A DNA stretch of 64,000 nt from the NCBI GenBank assembly GCA_012295275.1, contig CM022671.1:30938001-31002000 (forward strand). Reading direction: 5' to 3'. Below are positions 46,744 to 60,700 of this stretch, one piece after another. Position 1 is the stretch's first letter; each line of letters opens with the position of its first letter. This stretch comes from Chrysomallon squamiferum. Taxonomy: Eukaryota; Animalia; Mollusca. The translations under genes and the position numbers were made by a program. The notes beneath the pieces were generated by a model that ran no database searches, was not told the origin of the DNA, and saw nothing but the letters and a program-made list of their open reading frames with translations.

Positions 46744-49700
46744 TACTGATGATAGTAATGAGAAAAACATCAACAATGATAATGATTATGATGTTGATAA
46801 CAATAAGAATAATCACAACAACAAGAATGATAAATAAATAAAAATTAATTCATAAAGTAAGAATTAAAACAAATGAAATAAAATAAATATATCAGTTCTT
46901 TTTCCTAATGCCTGCATCTAGAATTCTATTAACAATTACACCACTGATTGTGTTTTTATTTTTTGTTACCTGCATCTAGAATTCAGTAACAGTTACAGCA
47001 TTCACTGCTGTTTTTATGTTTTGTTACCTGCATCTAGAATTCAGTAATAGTTACAGCATTCACTGCTGTTTTTATTTTTGTTACCTGCATCTAGAATTCT
47101 AGTGACGACTGTTGCGTCAAACTCAGGTGTGTAACCCTCCAGCACTTTGCTTCCATTCATCATGGGCACACCAGCCACAGCGATGCTGTCCTTGATTCCA
47201 ACAGTCTTCCCCGACAGCTTCCCCTCCTTCCCTGACTTGATGTCACAACGCCAGTACCTGAACAGTCAACTCAAGTTTGTGAGTCCATGTTCAGATAAAT
47301 ATAAGTTTATGTGTCTGTGTATTTGTCAACTCAAGTTTGTGAGTCCATGTTCAGATGTATACAAGTTTATGTGTCTGTGTATGTTGAGATGTATACAAGT
47401 TTATGTGTCTGTGTATGTTGAGATGTATACAAGTTTATGTGTCTGTGTATGTTGAGATGTATACAAGTTTATGTGTCTGTGTATTTGTCAACTCAAGTTT
47501 GTGAGTCCATGTTCAGATGTATACAAGTTTATGTGTCTGTGTATTTGTCAACTCAAGTTTGTGAGTCCATGTTGAGATGTATACAAGTTTATGTGTCTGT
47601 GTATTTGTCAACTCAAGTTTGTGAGTCCATGTTCAGATGTATACAAGTTTATGTGTCTGTGTATTTGTCAACTCAAGTTTGTGAGTCCATGTTGAGATGT
47701 ATACAAGTTTATGTGTCTGTGTATGTTGAGATGTATACAAGTTTATGTGTCTGTGTATTTGTCAACTCAAGTTTGTGAGTCCATGTTGAGATGTATACAA
47801 GTTTATGTGTCTGTGTATGTTGAGATGTATACAAGTTTATGTGTCTGTGTATTTGTTAACTCAAGTTTGTGAGTCCATGTTGAGATGTATACAAGTTTAT
47901 GTGTCTGTGTATTTGTTTGAATGTTTAAGTGTCTCTGTTTCTGATATTTGTTTGAGTGTACATGCATGTTTCTGAATATATATGTGTGTCTATGTTTGTG
48001 TGTGAATATCTGAAGGTCTATATATATGTGTGTGTCTGAATGTGTTTATCTATGCACATTTCTGAATATGTGAGTGTATGTACACATGTGAATGTGTGAA
48101 TGTTTATGTATATGTCTGATTTATGTGAATGTCTTTGTAGATCTCTGAATGACTATGTATGTGTGTAATTTTTTATTTTTATAATACAAAAATATTTTTA
48201 AAATTCATAATTTTAGCAAGAGATATTCAGTTATGGTAGTACTGATGGATGGATAGATATGTATGCTCACAAACATCTGAAAACTCTACAACTAATAATA
48301 AACAACTTACCAGGCATTGTATGGGTTATCCTCGGGAGTTGGTCTGTGCCCTGGGGTACGGGGATATTTCACTGGTAAAGCTGGTTCTACCAACTCATTG
48401 ATTCTCTGAAGTACTTTGACTGTCCCGTCTTTGAAATGATCTGTCAATTCACACAACATTTTATTTTTATATTTATTCATTCATTCATTCATTCATTTAT
48501 GTATTTATTTTATTTTAATTTATTTTATTGTATTTTTTTTAGTTACTAAGTTTATTAAGTTTAGTTTTTAGTTTGTTTAAATACTTTGTCCCATTTTGAA
48601 AATAATCTGCCACTTGAATGAAATTAGTAGATAGTATTTATTTTGTTCATTTAGTTTTTTAATTTATTTACTTATTATTATACTATCCTAGTTATTTAAA
48701 TTATTAATTTCATTTTATTTTTTATTTATCAGATTTTTTTAGAGTTAATTATTTGCTTATTCAGTAATTTATTATTTATTTATTTATTGATGTATTTGTT
48801 TGTTATTTTTTTTTTTTTTTTTTTTTTTTATTTGTCTGCAGTAAAGATTCTATTTCATATCAATTTGTTAAAAGTTTTTAACATGATTTTTTGTTTGTTT
48901 TACCATCACATACCATAACTGAGATATAGAAAAATGTTCACGTAAAAGTTCATTCAGGCATTAGGCAACAGCACGAGTGAATTAAGTCTATAGGCCATCC
49001 ATAAAACAGTTTCTTCTTAGTTTTTAATTGTGTTTCTAATTATAGTGAAATAATACAGCCATGATGTAACAGATGCAACAGGTATTAAAAACAAGAAGAA
49101 GAAATAATCTTAAAATGACCTGATATTTAGTTTGCATTAAGAAATACTATTATCTATATGTTAGCTTTTATTTCTAGCAAATATTATAAAAGAAAATAAT
49201 AAATGGGTTAATGTACATTCACAGAAAGTATAATAATAAAAAATACAATTAAATTTAAAAACATTCAAAATATTATATTTAAAAAATACAAAATAACAAC
49301 AAAGAAAAAATAAATTAAAATATAAAAAAATAATAAATATATAAATAATTATATAAATTACAATATTTTTTTTTATTTTTTTTTATTTTTTCTCCTGTGA
49401 ACAGATTAAATAAAAGTTTTAAAGTGTAATTTTTATTAACTTAATCACATAAAAATTCACAGAATGGACTTTATGCATTATTTATTTATTTTCTAAAATT
49501 CAAAGACATTTCATGAACTGCATTTGTGTTCCACATTTTATTAAAATCTTATTAGTCAGGGTTAAAAAAAAAAAAATAAAAAATAAAAAAAAAATTAAAT
49601 GTGAAAGATTTAATAACCATGGTACTGTTATGCATAAAGAGTCACAGAAAATGATTAAAATCTATATTTAATGGTCCTTCATTAAAATGGTTCAGGGATT

Positions 49701-50267
49701 AATGAAACATGAATATTATTACAAAACATTTTATTACTATTGTTGCTTTTCTTATAATTATTTTCTTATTGTTATTACTTTAATACAATATTTGAATATG
49801 TTTAAAATTCATTTTTATATTATGGATCTGATGATGAAGATTTTGTCAACCCCAAAAATTAATATTAATAACTAAACTAGCAATACTAAATGCAATAATA
49901 ATAACAATATTAATAAAAACAACAACAACAACAACATAATAATAATAATAATGATAATAATAAGTTCATAATATTAACAAAAGTAACTTCATTGTCTGAT
50001 AACTAACACAATATCGCTTCAATCTCTTCTTCGTTACATTTCAAACCAAGCTCTTCTGATATTTTGGTGAACTCATCTCTAGTTGGTGTGGCCACAGCTG
50101 GAGAATGGTACAAACCTACAAGAAGATTATTTTGTAATTACGAGTGCAGTCATGTATATGAAAGACACTGGGTATGTCTTATAAAGTAACCTTTTGTTTT
50201 TACAAATTTATTAAAAAAATTCTTGTCCATTTAGGGAAGTCTATTTAAATCATTTTCAGAATACATC

Positions 50268-50311
<44 letters not shown>

Positions 50312-50390
50312 CAACAACAACAATAACATTTAAAATAACAAGAAGAACTGGTAGAACTGACTAATGGATATGTATTCAGTTAAACATTTC

Positions 50391-50450
<60 letters not shown>

Positions 50451-51523
50451 CAACAACAACAACAATAATAATAACAATAATTTAAAAAATATATATATAT
50501 ATATATATATATATAAAGGATTCAAAATAATAACAACTAAGCGTCAATTTAAAACTAAAATACATTATAAATTATATTTTATTTTTTTAAACTTGTTAAA
50601 ACTAAAAAGTTTTCTATAATTATCTGTGTTTGTTATGAACCAAGAATATTTGATTAATAGAGCCTATTATCCATAGTTAGAACTCTTGTTATTATGTCTA
50701 CTTTCCCCCTCCCCTCAAATTAGCAGTAAATCATTTAATATATGCACTTTCCCTTTTTCAGAAGAACATACCATGGTTCTTGATAAATCGACTATTGAAA
50801 TGGGGAACAGCAAGTGGCTAGTCTAAGTAAGACTGACCCTTAGAGATTAACGTGTTGGGGCATGCGCACTAACTAGTGACCTATTAACCTTTCAGTGCGT
50901 TTTTATTGTACGAAAATCCACTGGTTTTAACAGTTGTTGTTACGAAAGTCAGTCAGTATGTTAGCCAGTGTGATTATTATTTTATTTTATTTTATTTTAT
51001 TTTATTTATTTATGTTATTCTTTTTTTTAATTTTTTTGTTTTATTATTTTTTTTTTTTTGTGGTATTGTGTGTTTGGGTTTGACGGAAGATTAAGTTACA
51101 AATACTTTAATCAAGTTAATACAATAACAAGTTAATGTGACAAGTTTAACAAAACGAAAGTGTATATAGACGTTTTTATGCGACTTTTTAACATATCTAT
51201 TAGCAGTAACATCAACAATAACAACAATAGCAAAACAAAACAAAACATAAATAATAATAATAAAATAATCGCATAAAATAATTCAGTAGACTAAATGCTG
51301 AAAAACTAGACTTTCTTCTTTTTTTTTTTCTTCTTTTTTTTATCATCATTTCATCATTTTAACTACATCGTCAAAGTTGCTTCATATAAAAAAAAAGATT
51401 TAAAAAAATACGTGAAGCGTTTTTCAAATGTACAAATTACAGAAGTATTGGGAAAAAAAATAATTAAAAAAAAAAAATAATTGAATGCTCGACACAAAAC
51501 TGTTTTATATACCCACCCGACAT
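42842..51523 (-). CDS. Amidase-signature family amidase, copy B (11 exons, 509 aa), inverted paralogue of copy A
   Basis: Exons (5'->3') 51523-51517, 50115-50008, 48440-48311, 47257-47085, 46633-46494, 46182-45982, 45656-45582, 44872-44713, 44246-44184, 43866-43579, 43026-42842. Every exon length equals that of copy A, and the Lys/cis-Ser/Ser motifs are intact. Confidence 0.95.
47265..47915. repeat. Compound minisatellite in amidase B intron 3 (reverse complement of the 33935 array, different unit order and number)
   Basis: atgtatacaagtttatgtgtctgtgtat / ttgtcaactcaagtttgtgagtccatgtt units. Confidence 0.95.
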
Positions 51524-51566
51524 TCTGCACGGCAGACAGATACAGCTTTTGGTCGAGTGATGGCCT

Positions 51567-51584
51567 TGACCTGAAATTAGGTCA
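51567..51584. promoter_or_regulatory. Perfect everted repeat (ER6) of the nuclear-receptor half-site AGGTCA upstream of amidase B
   Basis: TGACCT-gaaatt-AGGTCA, 44-61 bp upstream of the ATG. A degenerate counterpart, GGGCCT-aaaat-AGGTCT, lies at ~31925-31941 upstream of copy A. Confidence 0.45.
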
Positions 51585-51915
51585 CAGGCAGCAGTATCAC
51601 GTTAGCAGTAAGGGAGGATCGAGAGGTGATCCAAAAAAAAAAAATAAAATAAAAAAAAATAAAATAGACTGTCCACTGAGCTGTTTCTTATTCAGCCATG
51701 GCTCACCGACAAACGAAAAATGCATGTAATAAATGTTTTACTTGAGGGAGGGGGGGAAGAAATGAGTTTGTTATTGTTGTTGTTGTTGTTGTTGTTGTTA
51801 TTATTATTGGGAAATGTTTATGAGAATACACATCCAGTCATCCGTCCATCACTCCGTTCTACCTGTTATATAAAGTATTATTGTTATTATTACTATTATT
51901 ATTACTATTATTATT

Positions 51916-51957
<42 letters not shown>

Positions 51958-52019
51958 GATGATGATGATGATGTAGTCAACAAATTATTTCAATAGATTT
52001 CTCTATACTGACAAGCAAT

Positions 52020-52502
52020 TTTTAAAAATTTGTTAACAAAAAAAGAGAAAAAAAAAAGAGGTTACTTTAAGACATACCCAGTGTCTTTCATATACATAAC
52101 TGCACTCGTAATTACAAAATAATCTTCTTGTAGGTTTGTACCATTCTGCAGCTGTGGCCACACCAACTAAAGATGAGTTCACCAAAATATCAGAAGAGCT
52201 TGGTTTGAAATGTAACGAAGAAGAGATTGAAGCGATACTGCGTTAGTTATCAGACAATGAAGTTACTTTTGTTAATATTATGAACTTATTATTATCATTA
52301 TTATCATTATTATTATTATTGTTGTTGTTGTTGTTGTTGTTGTTTTTGTTGTTATTGTTGTTGTAATCATATATTCATTATCATTGCATTTAGTATTGCA
52401 GGTTTTGCTATTAATATTAATTATTTTTTTGAATAAAATCTTCTTTATCATCAGATCCATAATATATAAATGAATTTTAGACATATTCAAATACTGTATT
52501 AA

Positions 52503-52558
<56 letters not shown>

Positions 52559-53232
52559 TAATAATCCTGAACCTGTTTAATGAAGAACCATTAAATATAG
52601 ATTTTAATCATTTTCTGTGATTCTTTATGCATAACAGTACCATGTCATATTAAATCTTTGACATTATTATTATTATTATTATTTTTTAACACTGATCAAT
52701 AAGAATTCAATAAAATGTATTTATTGTTATTTTATAATTTTGTAAAATTAATTTTTCTTATAGTCATTTATAAACTTTAAATTTAATTTTTATTGTATGT
52801 TTTATAATTTTTATCATTTCTGTGAATATACATTAACCCGTTTGTTATTTTCTTTTATGAATATTTGCTAGAAATAAAAGCTAACATAGATAATCGTATT
52901 TCTTAATGCAAACTAAATATCAGATCATTTTATGATTATTTCGTCTTCTTGTTTTGAATACCTGACAAGAAATGTAACATCTGTTACATCATTACTGTAT
53001 TATTTCATCATAATTAGAAACTGAATTAAACATTAAGAAGAAACTGTTTTATGGATGGTCTATAGACTTAATTCGCTTGTTCTGTTGCCTAATGCCTGAA
53101 TGAACTTTTACGTGAACATTTTTTCTGTATCTCAGTGACTGGTAAGTGATGGTAAAACAAAAATAAAAAAACATTTAAAACTTTTTATGAATAGAATCTT
53201 TACTGCTGACAGAAAGAAACAAATTAAATAAA
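52020..53232 (+). pseudogene. Orphan inverted duplicate of amidase B exon 2 (52134-52241) with flanking intron 1 and intron 2 sequence
   Basis: Reverse-complement match to ~48815-50215. The exon is open ([35 protein letters not shown]) with intact AG/GT, but no further amidase exons follow. Confidence 0.9.
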
Positions 53233-53287
53233 TAAATAAACCTACGGTCAGGGAAAAGAACAGAGTGAGAAAAGCGTACGGAGGTAA

Positions 53288-54279
53288 TTAAATCACTTTC
53301 GTTACGTTATCGATAAACTGTACAGATTTCAGTGTTTTCTCACAGTTCTTTATCAGCTGTTCGCTGTAGGTTCGCACAATTATTTCTTTATGAGACGTCG
53401 TCGTTTTTTTGTCTCGATAATTTCTGTAGTGATGAACGAGGCCGTCCGTTATCGAAATCTCAAGGTCGAAGAAACCGCACCGCATTTTCAGTACGCAGTG
53501 AATTCCTGAGATTGCAACTCTTTCAGGACGATAGATTGTTTTAGATCTTACATTTGGCTGATAAATGAAACTTTCCCGCCATACTTTTAGTAACGGATTA
53601 ATCTTCAGCCGTTTGGCTTGTGCAGCGTACTTGAACCCGATTACGTCATCAGGCCACGATAGCTGGAAGAACGAATGTCTGAACATGAAGCAGCCAGCGT
53701 TAGGGTATTCGTTCATCATCGCTGCAGTCAGACTGGTGAGAGTTTTGTGTTTGTAAGGAACAATAATTTCATCAAAGTCTTTCACTATTACGTACTTCGA
53801 TTTACCTCGGTTTGCGCAGACGCAGTCGTTAATGGCTGCCACTTGTCCGTAGTAATGAATCTGAACATTTGGTAAATTCCACGTCTTAATATCGAGAATT
53901 CCAGAACTTTTGTAATAATGTAAAACATTTCGGACTCTGGGTCCTACGTCATACGAGTAGACGACAAAATGTTCGACTCCTAAAATCTTATCCATTTCGA
54001 TGGTGTTGATTGCCTCGTTTTCATTATCGTAGTTCGAGTGGATTGGTGGAAGGCAGAAGGTGATGTTGAAACGAAACGGTTCTGGGTATTTGACCAGAAG
54101 TAAATGAGTCAGTTCGGTTTGGTCATGACCTATTACCGACACAGCGTACGGTTTTATGTTTTCAGGAAGACTGCAGTTGATAAAAAACGGAGCATATCTG
54201 AAAGTTCAAAGATAACTGCATGAACACCAACACCTCAATACTTCATTACAGTAACAGTTATTTCTGTCAGATATATACA

Positions 54280-54337
<58 letters not shown>

Positions 54338-55697
54338 GCTGTTATTTGTTTTGCACACACACACACACACAAATAGGAAATAAGACTTGCGGGCAGTAAT
54401 AACTAGACGACAAACCAAGAAGGTTTGAGCCCATTTATTATTTCCCCTAGATAGTTTTACTCATTAAAAAAAAAACACACACACACACACACACACCCAA
54501 AAAAATCACCCTTTATTTAATGACCGTTACATTTATTTTAGATTTTACCGAAGATAAAGAATAATAATAATACTAACTAATCAGCAGAAGTACTAATATA
54601 CTAATAGTAGTAGTAGTAGTTGCAATAGTAGTAGCAGCAATGGTAGTACTAGTAGTGGTAGTAATAAGAGTAAATTGGCAATAATAGCAGTGGTGGTGGT
54701 GGTGGTAGTAGTAATAGTAGAAATAATATTAATGATTATAATAATGGTTATTTCTGTGAATTTTCTTGGTTTCTGATTTACTGATATAGTTTAGTATTAA
54801 CCAAGGCTAACAGAAGTAAACAATTACACTGAACGAAAACAAAGTGAATGTGGTAATTTGTCTACATATAATTTATAATAAAACAACAACGTGTATCCCG
54901 TTGTACAAATATTCTCTTGTATACATACGTCATACATGTATATACGCATACTGTAATGCATGCATACATACATACACAAACACACACGTACACACCCACA
55001 TACATACATATGCACATACATACAGTATGTCAAACGGTAATGTCGTCTGCCTTCAGAGTGCGGGTGAACAATACAGGTTTGTGAGATCGTGACTGGACGT
55101 GTCCTGCACCAGTGGGTTGCCAAACATTGTCTGTGTGTAGAGTCTAATCAGACGTACATAAGTCAGAGAATATTGTAACCATACACTCACAGACAGATAC
55201 ACTCACACATACAGATTCATACATAAACAGATACACTAATACATTACTATAACAACAGACAAATAAACCTACCGAGCATTGTTAGTTTCAGGCATCACTT
55301 CTACGAAAGCCGGCCGTGGCTTCGTGTACTTGCACTTGGGGCATAACTGAAAGACACAAGCTACAACGTGGTCAGCTTTCGTCAGACCTATGGCAATCAC
55401 CCTGATCGATCTGCTGTTGTCGACGTCGACGTCATAGTAAGCTGAGTAGACTGCGGCCATGGTGTCTGAGTCAACAGGCAGCCACGTCTGATGTGTGGGC
55501 TCTGAATCGACCTTGGCAAATGTTTTATTCCAGTCCATTTCAATCTTCTTTGAGAGTTTATGTGACAAGTTTGTGACGAACTTCTTTTTAATATAACCTG
55601 AGAAATTAGAATTTACGTAGAGAAAATACAAAACGGTGACGGTAATTCCAAATAGCCACAATGAAATCCTGCGGACCTTTCCCAGTTTTGCCCACAT
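53288..55697 (-). CDS. Glycosyltransferase family 92 (DUF23, galt-1-like) protein, copy A, 444 aa from the first ATG in the exon, type II membrane topology
   Basis: Exons 55697-55273 and 54197-53288 (phase 2, GT-AG) = 1335 nt. N-terminal TM (ISLWLFGITVTVLYFLYV), VYSAYYD, LGVEHFVVY, IHYYGQVAAINDC, YVIVKDFDEIIVP (DxD), RSKTIYRPERV..GIH, VHHYR. An acceptor at 55728-55729 suggests an upstream exon. Confidence 0.9.
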
Positions 55698-56653
55698 TCT
55701 GTTTGTAATTTCCGAGTCTTGTCTTTTCTAGATAAAAATCAGTGAGATATGAATATTTATATATAAAAAATTGTTATTAATGTCTGGTCAAATAATTTAC
55801 ACACGCCGTAGACAACATTCAGATTTCGCTGAAAGGACTTCAAAAAGGTCATACCAAAGGTTAACCTTTCTATCTGTAACATATATAGATATATATATTT
55901 ATTTATTTGTTTGTTATTTTCAATATGGATGATACAATCATTATAACAAAATTAAAATTACTTCATATTCAGCATGCAATTCATTAATATTAGAATTATC
56001 ATGATTTACATGTAATTCGTAGTATATTTTTTATCCAAAAGGAAACAATGCTGTTTTGAAAACGCCTTCGTTTCTGTTTCAATGCAAGATTTGTGAAAGA
56101 AACTAACAAAAACGTTTCATCAAGCGGTAAATCTTTCACAAAACGAAGAATAAATAATTTAAAAAAAAAAAAAACAACAACAAATTATGCACACCTCTCT
56201 GAAATATAATGTTTCCTCTTGTTTTAAGCCATGAAATTATTGTAGTAGCTGATAGCTTCACACATTTACCGGTTCTTTTTTTTTTTTTTTTTTTTTACTT
56301 TTTTTTTTTTATTATTATTTTTTTTTTTTATGGTAGGGGTTTAATGTTAGAACTGGTTTAACCGAATGGAAATTTCCTTTCCTGGTATAATTATGGGATC
56401 TGAACAGATAACACCAACCCACGCCACGATAGACAGACAAACATTCAGTATCTGCGCAGAATTATCATCTTCACATGTCAATATTAATGTTAATATATTC
56501 ATAACTGATTAAAAAATAATCTTCATCTTTATTTTTCTTTTTTATTTTCTCCCTTTATTTTATATGCAACTGAAAAAATCATACGAATCATTTTATTTTA
56601 TATGCATATGAAAAATCATATATATAATCATTTTATTGTTATATATATATAAA

Positions 56654-56692
<39 letters not shown>

Positions 56693-57057
56693 GTACCTAC
56701 TTACACACATATCAATTAGAATGTTGTATAAACACAATGTATTTAATAAACAAAATACATTTTGTGTAAAGCAAAAATATGTGACGTTAGAAAAAACATA
56801 TTAATGATGACCAATCTGGTTGGTTGTTTGTATATTTGTTGTTGTTTTTAATCACAGGTTTACATTTCTTTCTATTTCATCGCTGCAACAATTATATGAT
56901 GCAATCAAACAAATGCTGTTGAATATATAAGTCTATTAATTCATTTGATTAAATTTCAGGTGTTGCAGTGTATAAGATAGTGTATTTTATTATGTCTGGG
57001 TCACTTTACCCTACGGCAGATAACCAGCCTACCCGATAGCTGGGCTAAGCTGAAATA

Positions 57058-57202
<145 letters not shown>

Positions 57203-57565
57203 GGTGTTGTTGTTATTGTTATTATCATTATCTTTATTATTATTATTATTATTGTTATTATTATTATTATTGTTATTATTGGTGTTGTTGTTATTGTTAT
57301 TATCATTATCATTATCTTTATTATTATTATTATTATTGATATTATTATTATTATTATTATTGTTATTATTATTATTGTTGTTGTTGTTGTTATTATTATT
57401 ATTGTAAAGTTAGGAAATTATAACAGCCCCTAAAAACGCCATTAGAAGTCCTGTAGAGTTAGCTGTATTGCACAAATATATGTGAATACTTTTTTTTATT
57501 ATTTGCAAGTGTGTTATCTATATATTATATCTATCTCTGTGTCTGTCTATCTATCTATCTATCTA

Positions 57566-57608
<43 letters not shown>

Positions 57609-57649
57609 GTCTGTATATCTGTCTGTCTGTCTGTCTATTTATCTATCTA

Positions 57650-57690
<41 letters not shown>

Positions 57691-58511
57691 ACACAGACAC
57701 ACACACATATATATTATAATGTACACTAATCATATTCATATCTTGTTTTTGTCTTAGTCTAGGTCGACATGATCGACAAAACGTTTCATTTCGTCCTGAC
57801 TCCTCCTACTTACTTCTGTCTTCAGTAATTTCACCTGTAACGTCATATAAAATAACAGCGCTCCTTTGAACATTTAACAGACGTAACAGTCTGAAAGCAA
57901 TTAACTGCATCTGTTATAACGGTAATAATTTGGTCTGTTATTGATAAAAGTACATTCCTGAAGATTTGGATTATTTTATTGGTGTGTGGGGAGGGGGAAC
58001 AACAGCTGAACAAACAGTTAAGACTCTTGCGTTCTGTATTTCGCGTTCAGTTTGACAACACGTTAGAAGTTCCTTCTGATCAAATGTCTCAGAGAGGTGT
58101 TTAACTGAAATAAACATAGAGAAAATAAAAATCAAAAATTAAAAAATATATATACGTACGTACGTATTTTAGCGTTACAATTTACGTCGTACACGTGTGA
58201 ATTATTATAAACGCATTTTCGAAGCGTTTGATAAATATAAGCTGATAATGTTTTATTAGTATGGACAGTCTGAATCTTTCAGATAATGAGTTATTTGCAA
58301 CTTTAATTGTTTGAGACAAGGCTAATTTCGGTTTTAACATTAAAACACTACCTTAAAAAACAAATAATAATAATAAAATAAATAAAAAATAAAAAATAAG
58401 AAATAAGAAAACGTTAAATGTGTGAAGCTATCAGCTACTAAAATCATTTCATGGCATAAAACAAGAGGACATTTTAATATTATTAAAACATTATATTTCA
58501 GAGAAGTGTGC

Positions 58512-58545
<34 letters not shown>

Positions 58546-58693
58546 TTTTGAATCGTTTTTATTAATTTCTTCCACAATAGAAACACGATAGAAAGGTTAG
58601 CCTTTGGTCTGACCCTACTGAAATCTTTTCAGCGAAATCTGAATGTTATCAACGGCGTGTGGAAATTATTCAACATGTCACGGACATTAATAA

Positions 58694-58729
<36 letters not shown>

Positions 58730-59051
58730 AAATATTTGAATCACACTGATTTTTTTCTTCTTGAGGTTACCAGACTAAAAAGTCAAGTCAAACAGGAATG
58801 AAACCAGAGTGTGTCCAAGTTGGGTTCGTGTAGTTGTTTTCTTTTAACGAATTATTTCATTTGGTGTCCTCCATATTGATCTAGTTGAACGTTAAAGCAC
58901 AGACAGGCATATATGACCGAAAAAAAAAAAAAAAAGTTCTGAAGAGGGATATTTCATTTTGTTTTTTTTTTTTCAAAAATTCTAAAGTGCGGAAAATATA
59001 AAATAGAAGTAATTAATTCATTAAAAACAGAGGAAGGAGAAAACGGAGGTG

Positions 59052-59094
<43 letters not shown>

Positions 59095-59149
59095 CGAAAG
59101 AAGGAAACTGGATTTGTAAAGATTGTTTTCTTGAAAAAAAGAAAAAAAA

Positions 59150-59200
<51 letters not shown>

Positions 59201-59236
59201 GACAGAAAATTGGAAGTGAGCTTCTTTTGACCGTAG

Positions 59237-60647
59237 AAAAGACTAGACTCGAAAACAGGACAAGAAAACTACAAACAGAATGTGGGCAAAACTGGGAAGG
59301 TCCGCAGGATTTCAGTGTGGCTATTTGGAATTACCGTCACCGTTTTGTATTTTCTCTACGTAGATTCTAATTTCTCAGGTTATATTAAAAAGAAGTTCGT
59401 CACAAACTTGTCACATAAACTCTCAAAGAAGATTGAAATGGACTGGAATAAAACATTTGCCAAGGTCGATTCAGAGCCAACACATCAGACGTGGCTGCCT
59501 GTTGACTCAGACACCATGGCCGCAGTCTACTCGGCTTACTATGACGTCGACGTCGACAACAGCAGATCGGTCAGGGTGATTGCCATAGGTCTGACGAAAG
59601 CTGACCACGTCGTAGCTTGTGTGTTTCAGTTATGTCCCAAGTGCAAGTACACGAAACCACGGCCGGCTTTCGTAGAAGTGATGCCTGAAACTAACAATGC
59701 TCGGTAGGTTTATTTGTCTGTTGTTATAGTAATGTATTAGTGTATCTGTTTATGTATGAATCTGTATGTGTGAGTATATCTGTCTGTGAGTGTATGGTTA
59801 CAATATTCTCTGACTTATGAACGTCTGATTAGACTCTACACACAGACAATGTTCGGCAACCCACTGGTGCAGGACAAGTCCAGTCACAAACCTGTCTGAT
59901 GAAAGTTGTATTGTTCACCCGCACTCTGAAGGCAGACGACATTACCGTTTGACATATTGTATGTATGTGCATATGTATGTGAGTGTGTGTACGTGTGTGT
60001 TTGTATCCATGCATTACAGTATGCGTATATACATGTATGACGTATGTATACAAGAGAATATTTGTACAACGGGATACACGTTGTTGTTTTATTATAAATT
60101 ATATGTAGACAAATTACCACATTCACTTTGTTTTCGTTCAGTGTAATTGTTTACTTCTGTTTGCCTTGGTCAACACTAAACTATATCAGTAAATCAGAAA
60201 CCAAGAAAATTCACAGAAATAACCATTATTATAATCATTAATATTATTTCTACTATTACTACTACTAACCACCACCACCACTGCTATTATTGCCAATTTA
60301 CTCTTATTACTACCACTACTGGTACTACCATTGCTGCTACTACTATTGCAACTACTACTACTACTATTACAACTACTACTACTACTATTAGTACTTCTAC
60401 TGACACTGTTAGTATTATTATTATTCTTTATCTTCGGTAAAATCTAAAATAAATGTAACGGTCATTAAATAAAGGGTGATTTTTTTTTTGGGGGGGTGTG
60501 TGTGTGGTTTTTTAATGAGTAAAACTATCTAGGGGAAATAATAAATGGGCTCAAACCTTCTTGGTGTGTCGTCTAGTTATTACTGCCCGCAAGTCTTATT
60601 TCCTGTTTGTGTATGTGTGTGTGTGTGTGTGCAAAACAAATAACAGC

Positions 60648-60700
<53 letters not shown>

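Noticed and set aside
53332-53875. Plus-strand ORFs overlapping GT92 A (and minus-strand mirrors at 61110-61653)
   Set aside because: Antisense shadows of the GT92 coding exon.
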